NCBI GenBank assembly: GCA_018651085.1
Contig: JABIEQ010000014.1
Coordinates: 97,807 to 161,806, forward strand
Source of the DNA: Candidatus Magasanikiibacteriota bacterium
Lineage (GTDB): Bacteria; Patescibacteriota; Patescibacteriia; Magasanikbacterales; UBA922
Direction of reading: 5' to 3'
Length of the DNA stretch: 64,000 nt
In this document: positions 57,869 to 64,000 of the stretch, one piece after another
Layout: each line of letters opens with the position of its first letter
Position numbering within the stretch: position 1 is the stretch's first letter
Notes under the pieces: generated by a model
Database searches by the model: none
Seen by the model: the letters and a program-made list of their open reading frames with translations, nothing else
What the model was told of the DNA's origin: nothing
Position numbers and translations under genes: made by a program

Positions 57869-58078
57869 CATAATACTCAATAATTTACTATATATAAGAG
57901 TATACACAATACTTGATAGAGAGACAAGAATATGCTATATTTGGAAAAGATTGATACTAATATTTGCTTAGTTATGGGATTTTTCAAACAATCACACCGA
58001 TTACCACAATCTCCCTCACTGTAAACCAACCCAGATCTGTGCACAACCACCACCAACATGTAAAAATAAATAACATAT

Positions 58079-58960
58079 ATGAAATCAGGCTTTATTGTTC
58101 TTGTAGGAAGATCAAACGTAGGAAAATCCACACTTATTAATACACTTGTTGGAACAAAAATTGCTGCAACAAGTTTTCGTGCACAAATGACAAGGCATGC
58201 AATTCAAGGAGCCATGAACATGCCAGCCTTTACAAATAAGCTAGGAGAAGAAGTTCCAGAAGGACAAGCTGTGTTTATTGATACCCCCGGGATATTTAAA
58301 GACAAAAAAAATCCTCTTTCAGCAAAACTTACACAAAAAGCAAGCCAAGCACTTCAAGGTGTAGACCTTATTATCTACGTTGTTGACCCAACAAGAGAAA
58401 TTGGACAAGAAGAACGAGCTGTCTATGGAATGATTAGACATCTTGATATCCCAAAAATTCTTGTCATGAATAAAAGTGACTTATCTCCAAAAGAACGAGC
58501 TCACGCAAAATCATACGAAATGTGGGGTCCAGATTTTGAATCAGTATTTTCTCTTTCAGCACTTAAAGCAAGTCACATCACCCCATTAAAACAAAAGGTT
58601 ATGGAACTCCTTCCTGAAGGAGAAATCATGTATCCAGAAAAACAACTAACAAATGTCGACAAAAAATTCTGGATTTCAGAAATTATACGAGAAAAAGTAT
58701 TTTCAATTCTAAACAAAGAAGTTCCTTACTCTGTTACTGTAGAAGTGGATGAGGTGGAAGAAAAAAAAGACATTACTGTTATAAAAGCACGAGTACTCAC
58801 CAATGCAGATAGATATAAAAGAATGATTATCGGAAAAGGAGCAAGTACAATCAAAGAAATAGGAAAACTCGCAAGAAAAGAATTAGAACAAGCTACAAAT
58901 CACAAAGTATTTTTAGAACTAGAAGTAGAGGTGGACACACATTGGATAGAAAGAATATAA
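58079..58960 (+). CDS. era: GTPase Era
   Basis: G1 GRSNVGKST, G3 DTPG, G4 NKSD and a C-terminal KH domain. Confidence 0.9.
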   Translation: MKSGFIVLVGRSNVGKSTLINTLVGTKIAATSFRAQMTRHAIQGAMNMPAFTNKLGEEVPEGQAVFIDTPGIFKDKKNPLSAKLTQKASQALQGVDLIIYVVDPTREIGQEERAVYGMIRHLDIPKILVMNKSDLSPKERAHAKSYEMWGPDFESVFSLSALKASHITPLKQKVMELLPEGEIMYPEKQLTNVDKKFWISEIIREKVFSILNKEVPYSVTVEVDEVEEKKDITVIKARVLTNADRYKRMIIGKGASTIKEIGKLARKELEQATNHKVFLELEVEVDTHWIERI

Positions 58961-58970
58961 CAACAGCATA

Positions 58971-59468
58971 ATGCACATATCTATGGAAAACATAAAAAAA
59001 GCAGCATTTGGTGCTGGATGTTTTTGGGGAGTTGAAGAATTATTTAGAACAAAAGAAGGGGTCACAAAAACACTCGTTGGATACATGGGAGGAGAAACTG
59101 ACGCCCCTACATACGAACAAGTGTGTAGCAAAAAAACTGGCCATGCAGAAGTCGTCTATATTGAATATAATGAAAAAATAGTTTCTTACGAAACCTTATT
59201 AAACCTCTTTTGGGAAAATCACAATCCGACGACAATGAACCGACAAGGACCTGATATTGGTAGTCAATATCGATCAGTTATTTTCTACTACGATGAAAAC
59301 CAAAAAAATATAGCAGAAAAAAGTAAAACAGATCTTGAAACATCAGCAAAATGGCAAACACCAATTGTTACTCAAATAGTAGATGAAAAAGGGCTTCCAT
59401 TTTATAAAGCAGAAGAATATCATCAACAATACCTAGCTAAACGAGGAGTAGGTAGTTGTCACATATAA
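58971..59468 (+). CDS. msrA: Peptide-methionine (S)-S-oxide reductase
   Basis: GAGCFWGVEELF active site. Confidence 0.9.
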   Translation: MHISMENIKKAAFGAGCFWGVEELFRTKEGVTKTLVGYMGGETDAPTYEQVCSKKTGHAEVVYIEYNEKIVSYETLLNLFWENHNPTTMNRQGPDIGSQYRSVIFYYDENQKNIAEKSKTDLETSAKWQTPIVTQIVDEKGLPFYKAEEYHQQYLAKRGVGSCHI

Positions 59469-59471
59469 GAT

Positions 59472-59762
59472 ATGATGACTTTAAAGGAGCAGTTCAAATT
59501 TTTTATTATCCCCTACCACTCTGGGATTTTTAATCTATTTATGCACGCTCTTAGTGGATTTACTCATTACATCGCATTTTCTGAAAAAAATGTATCACTC
59601 ATCCTTGCAGCCTTTATACTCGAAGAAATCGGCCACGGGTATGATTACTTTTGTAAATTTGATAAAACAAACAAAAAAAGATGGATAGAAATCATTCCAC
59701 TAAAAATTGTCTTATGTACTATCTTTGTGATTGTTATGATGTGGATTTTTAATTGGTTTTAG
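59472..59762 (+). CDS. Small hypothetical membrane protein
   Basis: A 96-aa ORF with 2-3 hydrophobic segments. Confidence 0.4.
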   Translation: MMTLKEQFKFFIIPYHSGIFNLFMHALSGFTHYIAFSEKNVSLILAAFILEEIGHGYDYFCKFDKTNKKRWIEIIPLKIVLCTIFVIVMMWIFNWF

Positions 59763-59785
59763 GTACTCTCATATAAAAAACATAT

Positions 59786-60127
59786 ATGGACACAATTACA
59801 TGGGAAGAATTTGAAAAAGTAAATATACGTGTTGGAACAATCATAGAGGCAACCGATTTCAAAGAAGCACGGAAACCCGCATACAAATTACAAATTGATC
59901 TAGGAAAAGAAATCGGCATAAAAAAGTCCAGTGCACAAATAACCACAAAATACACAAAAGAAAGTCTTATAGGAAAACAAGTCCTTTGTGTCATTAATTT
60001 TCCCAAAAAACAAATAGGCCCTTTTATGTCAGAGGTATTAACAACCGGATGTATTACTGATAAAGACGGGACCATTATCTTAATAACCCCAGATCAAAAA
60101 GTAGCCAACGGCTTAAGACTTGCTTAA
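59786..60127 (+). CDS. tRNA-binding protein (CsaA/Trbp111-like Myf domain)
   Basis: EF.K.DIRVG.I and the OB-fold tRNA-binding signature. Confidence 0.75.
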   Translation: MDTITWEEFEKVNIRVGTIIEATDFKEARKPAYKLQIDLGKEIGIKKSSAQITTKYTKESLIGKQVLCVINFPKKQIGPFMSEVLTTGCITDKDGTIILITPDQKVANGLRLA

Positions 60128-60210
60128 CTCTCCAATAATGAGTGCACACCATAAGCAATAAAAAACAAAAACATACCCAAATGATGGGTATGCTTTTATT
60201 TGTGTACAAA

Positions 60211-60459
60211 TTATCTTGCGTATTTTTCTTTCAAATAAGAAATAATATCATCACTTTCATACATAGTGACGGGCGCTGCAGGATTATCAGTATCAACCAA
60301 AAAAGGTACTTGTTCTTTTCCACCAAGAGCCACTAAAAATTTTCGCTTTAGACTTCCCTTAGGAACATTTCTAGCAATAAAATCAATATCCATTTCTTCC
60401 ATCGCCATACGCACCTTTGCACAATATGGACAATGTTCCATTTGATAAAGCTCTACCAT
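60211..60459 (-). CDS. Glutaredoxin-family protein (CPYC)
   Basis: MEHCPYCAKV. Confidence 0.7.
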   Translation of the reverse strand: MVELYQMEHCPYCAKVRMAMEEMDIDFIARNVPKGSLKRKFLVALGGKEQVPFLVDTDNPAAPVTMYESDDIISYLKEKYAR

Positions 60460-60477
60460 ATGTATTACATTTAATAA

Positions 60478-60942
60478 TTATTTTGAATGACGTAACAAGG
60501 CCATTTCAACTGCGGTAATTCCCCATTCATATCCATGATTATGATCATCAGTGGAACGAACGATAGCCTGTTCTTCTGTAAACACAGTTAAAACACCAAA
60601 TACAACAGGAATACCAGTATCAAGGTTAAGACGCATAATTCCTTGAGTTATAGCTTCTGCTATATACTCAAAATGCATTGTTTCCCCTTTTATAAGACAA
60701 CCAAGAGGGATCACAGCATCAACCTTCCCTGTATCAATTAAATGTTTTGCAGCTAAAGGTAACTCATATGCACCAGGTACTTCAATAACAACAATATCTT
60801 CTTCACGAATATTAGAATCAATAAGTGCGTCTTTACACCGAGTAAACAAAGAATCCGTTATATGCGCATTCCATCTCGTTTTTATAAGACCAATACGAAG
60901 TCCAGTACCATCAACGGCAGTAAGATCTATTCCTTTTCCCAT
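60478..60942 (-). CDS. ribH: 6,7-dimethyl-8-ribityllumazine synthase
   Basis: RIGLI..RWN, VPGA.ELP and G.TxHFEYI motifs. Confidence 0.85.
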   Translation of the reverse strand: MGKGIDLTAVDGTGLRIGLIKTRWNAHITDSLFTRCKDALIDSNIREEDIVVIEVPGAYELPLAAKHLIDTGKVDAVIPLGCLIKGETMHFEYIAEAITQGIMRLNLDTGIPVVFGVLTVFTEEQAIVRSTDDHNHGYEWGITAVEMALLRHSK

Positions 60943-60947
60943 ATATA

Positions 60948-61298
60948 TTATGCTGTTAATAAAAAATCACGGACAAGTAATACATCAGAAGCGATCTTCT
61001 TTTGCAAATCAGTAACACGATCAAAAGATTCGATCTCGCTCACTTTTTGTATAGGATCCACTTCAAGATAAGTACCATAAAAATTATCACCATCGTACCC
61101 AATAAGATGCACCTCCACTCGTTTTGGTTCACTTTGAATGACAAGAGCCGCTGGATAAGAAATTTTTTCTAACAGTACATGTACTGCATACACACCATCT
61201 TTGAGACGCGTTTTATCAACTGAAATATCAAGATTAGCTGTTGGATATCCAAACTGCCTTCCCTTCTTTTCACCATGGATCACAATACCTCCAAACAT
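60948..61298 (-). CDS. Riboflavin kinase domain protein (stand-alone RFK, no FMN adenylyltransferase domain)
   Basis: G.VIHGEKKGRQFGYPTAN and the VEVHLIGYDGDNFYG motif. Confidence 0.75.
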   Translation of the reverse strand: MFGGIVIHGEKKGRQFGYPTANLDISVDKTRLKDGVYAVHVLLEKISYPAALVIQSEPKRVEVHLIGYDGDNFYGTYLEVDPIQKVSEIESFDRVTDLQKKIASDVLLVRDFLLTA

Positions 61299-61299
61299 A

Positions 61300-62565
61300 T
61301 TAATTAATACGTGCTTCTAATAAAGTAAGTGCTCTTTCTAATCCAATATCACGAAAAGCCTGTTCATCAAGCTCATTCTCTATTTCTTCATTTCTCACAA
61401 ACATATCTCCCTCAATAATATCATCAGGAACAATACCATTTCCATTAATCTTTTGTCCATTTGGGGTAAACCACTCAGCAATAGTAAGTTTTAATGCTGA
61501 ACCATCAGAAAGTGGCTGTACGTCTTGCACAGTTCCCTTTCCAAATGTTTTAACTCCAACAATTGTAGCTTTTTCATGATCTTGAAGAGCCCCAGCAACA
61601 ATCTCAGCACCAGAAGCCGTTCCACCATCAACAAGAACAACAGTAGGGATAGAAGAAAAACGATGAGCCCCATGTGTACTATGTGTATCTGTGTTTCCAT
61701 CACTATATGTCTCATATAAAATATCGCCATCATCTATCCATTCACTAGCAACATCAATAGAAGCATTTAAAAAACCACCTGGATTACTTCGAAGATCAAA
61801 TACAATCCCACGAGGATTTTCGGCGACTATTTCTTTAACAATCTTACTGAAATCACGAGAAGTTTCTTCATTAAAATAACTTAAGCGAAGATAAATAATA
61901 CCATTACCCTTACCCTCCCAATCAACAGTAGGAATATTAATCTTATCTCGCACAATTTCTACATCATATGGAGTCCCACCATCTCGAACAATAGTCAAAA
62001 TAACAGTAGTGCCACGTGTCCCTCTAATATGCTCTACAGCCTGCTCAATAGTAATTCCAAAAGTAGATTCTCCATCAATAGAAATAATACTATCACGTGA
62101 ACGAAGCCCAGCTTGTTCAGCAGGAAACCCCTCAAGTGGAGCAACAACAATAAGTTGTTCTTCATTAAAACCAATTTCTGCACCAATACCAGTAAATTCA
62201 CCAGATAAATCACTAAAAAAATCTTTAAATTCTACTGGGGGGAAATACACTGAATAGGGGTCATCAAGACTATTAACCATACCTTCAATCGCCCCATAAA
62301 ACATCGCAACTTCATCAGCTGGTTGAATAACATGGTTAGACGTAATTTTTTTCCAAACATCCCAAAACTGATCAAAACTAACTTCAGAAGAACGAGTCTT
62401 ACTGTATAAATCTACCACTCGTTCAATACGAACATCATCACCTTCAAGGATAGATGATTTAATACTAGAACCAACTCCTATAAAAAAACCTAGACCAAAC
62501 ACAATAAGTATCCCCAAAATAATAACACCAGGACGTACACGCAAAGAATGTGATGTTTTTTTCAT
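61300..62565 (-). CDS. ctpA: Carboxyl-terminal processing protease (S41) with a PDZ domain
   Basis: N-terminal TM, a PDZ domain, and the Ser/Lys dyad region VLVDGGTASGAEIV. Confidence 0.85.
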   Translation of the reverse strand: MKKTSHSLRVRPGVIILGILIVFGLGFFIGVGSSIKSSILEGDDVRIERVVDLYSKTRSSEVSFDQFWDVWKKITSNHVIQPADEVAMFYGAIEGMVNSLDDPYSVYFPPVEFKDFFSDLSGEFTGIGAEIGFNEEQLIVVAPLEGFPAEQAGLRSRDSIISIDGESTFGITIEQAVEHIRGTRGTTVILTIVRDGGTPYDVEIVRDKINIPTVDWEGKGNGIIYLRLSYFNEETSRDFSKIVKEIVAENPRGIVFDLRSNPGGFLNASIDVASEWIDDGDILYETYSDGNTDTHSTHGAHRFSSIPTVVLVDGGTASGAEIVAGALQDHEKATIVGVKTFGKGTVQDVQPLSDGSALKLTIAEWFTPNGQKINGNGIVPDDIIEGDMFVRNEEIENELDEQAFRDIGLERALTLLEARIN

Positions 62566-62568
62566 AAT

Positions 62569-63873
62569 TTAATTATCAATACGTTCAATATTAACTCCCA
62601 CTCCACGTAACCGTTCAATAATACGGTCATACGCACGTTCAATTGGATAGGCTTCTAATAATACAGAGGTACCTTTAGCAGCAATCATTGCAATAAGAAG
62701 AGACATTGCAGGGCGAATAGCATAAGGGGCAACAATTTCTGCGCCTTTAAGTTTCGTAGGCCCTTCAATAAGCGCTCTATGCGGATCAAGAAGAAGAACA
62801 TTTGCTCCAAGTTTTTTAAATTCAAGATTATACAACGCCCTATTTTCATAAGGCCAATCATGAATAAGCGTTTTTCCTTTTGCTTGAGTAGCAATAGGAG
62901 CAAAAAACGGAAGGTTATCAATATTAAGACCAGGATATGGACGACACGTAATCTTGTCAGAGAGGGCTTTAAGAGCTGATGGAACAATTTTAATGTCAGC
63001 CACGGGAACATGCCCATTGGTGCTCATCCGACGATTAGTCAACTTAAATATCTGTCCCATAACTCGCAATTTTTCAAGTTCAAGTTCTAAAAATGGAAGC
63101 GGACAATTTTTCACAGTAAGCGGTGACTTTGTTGTAATAGCAAGAGAAATCCAAGCCATAGCATCAATCGGGTCAGGAGATATATAGTATTCCTTAACAT
63201 CATGAAGACGTTTCACTCCATGAATAGTTAATGTGGTCGTTCCAATACCAGTAATCTTTGCTCCAGCCGCAACTAAAAAATGACATAAATCTTGCACCAT
63301 GTAATTAGCAGAAGCAAACTTAATTACAGTGACTCCTTTTGCAAGAACAGCGGCCATAATTGTATTTTCCGTTGGAGTATCTCCCGATTCATACATGACA
63401 ATTTCTGTTCCAACAAGTTTTTTATTTTTAACCAAATAATGCCCTTTTTGAGAATCAATTGAAATACCTAATTTCTGAAGAGCATAAAGATGTGGTCCTA
63501 CAGTTCTTTTCCCTAATTTACATCCACCAGTTCTATAAATTTTATATGTTTTTTCACGAGAAGCCAATCCTCCTAAAAGAAGAAGGGAAATACGGGTAGA
63601 CGCAGAAGCTTTTTTATCAAGGGTTGCCATCGTAAGCTTCTTTGAAGTATCAATTAAAAGTGAATTTTCACTCATCCATTCATAACGAACACCAATACTC
63701 TCAAGAATTTCTAAAACACGAAATACTTCAGCAACCTTTGTAACATCCTTAAAGAGAACCTTTCCCTTTAAAAGTAAAGATGCAAAAAATAATGCAATTG
63801 TTGCATTTTTACCTGAAACTACAGAAATAGTTCCACTAAGTTGTTTACCCCCTTGAATTATGTATTTACTCAT
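62569..63873 (-). CDS. murA: UDP-N-acetylglucosamine 1-carboxyvinyltransferase
   Basis: EPSP-synthase fold with an active-site Cys loop (TGGCKLGKRTVGPH). Confidence 0.85.
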   Translation of the reverse strand: MSKYIIQGGKQLSGTISVVSGKNATIALFFASLLLKGKVLFKDVTKVAEVFRVLEILESIGVRYEWMSENSLLIDTSKKLTMATLDKKASASTRISLLLLGGLASREKTYKIYRTGGCKLGKRTVGPHLYALQKLGISIDSQKGHYLVKNKKLVGTEIVMYESGDTPTENTIMAAVLAKGVTVIKFASANYMVQDLCHFLVAAGAKITGIGTTTLTIHGVKRLHDVKEYYISPDPIDAMAWISLAITTKSPLTVKNCPLPFLELELEKLRVMGQIFKLTNRRMSTNGHVPVADIKIVPSALKALSDKITCRPYPGLNIDNLPFFAPIATQAKGKTLIHDWPYENRALYNLEFKKLGANVLLLDPHRALIEGPTKLKGAEIVAPYAIRPAMSLLIAMIAAKGTSVLLEAYPIERAYDRIIERLRGVGVNIERIDN

Positions 63874-64000
63874 GAAATAGTTGCATTGCTAGGGCTATTT
63901 AGCTATAGTATAGCCGGTCTAGATAAATAACGCAATTAACAGATGTTTCACACAAAAACCATCCTTACCTTAGGGGTACGACGATTTATCATGGTGTTTT

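Noticed and set aside
63874-64000. Possible tRNA or gene start at the right edge
   Set aside because: No cloverleaf-compatible sequence (T-loop GTTCRA, acceptor) was found. Only a GCTATAGTATAGC palindrome and a very short ORF are present.

Overview
This is an AT-rich (about 35% GC), gene-dense bacterial chromosome segment. The gene content is typical of a reduced-genome organism: a minimal Suf Fe-S pathway, an rpoA lacking its C-terminal domain, a degenerate PriA, and ribH plus riboflavin kinase standing alone. A Patescibacteria/CPR-like or similarly streamlined lineage is plausible but cannot be established from sequence alone.

Recognisable content runs as follows.
- A long minus-strand Suf operon: Rrf2 regulator, NifS/IscS-type desulfurase, sufB, an inserted 216-aa ORF, sufD, sufS, sufE, sufC, sufT/DUF59, and a ferredoxin-like gene that runs off the left edge.
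- A divergent FNR-like flavoprotein, then a cluster of DEDD exonuclease, glutaredoxin-like protein and DUF45 (YgjP/SprT-like) zinc peptidase.
- A CotH, VTC-domain and DUF4956 trio, and a Zur-ZupT-Cas4-like nuclease operon.
- A repeat-flanked LRR gene, trmB, secreted Cys-rich proteins, a cyclophilin and an MsbA-like ABC exporter.
- A complete F1Fo ATP synthase operon (atpI-B-E-F-H-A-G-D-C), followed by tatD, cvpA, metG, a NUDIX gene and rsmI.
- dacB-like, priA-like, def and fmt genes, and a surface-polysaccharide cluster (O-antigen-ligase-like, GT2, GT4, flippase).
- A ribosomal block: rpsI, rplM, rplQ, rpoA, rpsD, rpsK, rpsM, rpmJ and infA.
- pyrG, rplI, era, msrA, csaA-like, ribH, riboflavin kinase, ctpA and murA.
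- No rRNA, tRNA or CRISPR array was found.

The most unusual signal is a family of four small genes that are homologous at the protein level and compositionally foreign (about 45-55% GC). They are scattered at 17485-17703(-), 24306-24797(+), 26018-26374(+) and 44301-44600(-). Each is a self-contained cassette with a perfect sigma70-type promoter (TTGACA, 17 nt, TATAnT) and its own rho-independent terminator. One cassette has a 320-nt structured leader and another carries 18-bp tandem repeats encoding an acidic DDGDD tract. A separate GC-rich, hairpin-rich intergenic block at 36739-37002 is a candidate structured ncRNA.
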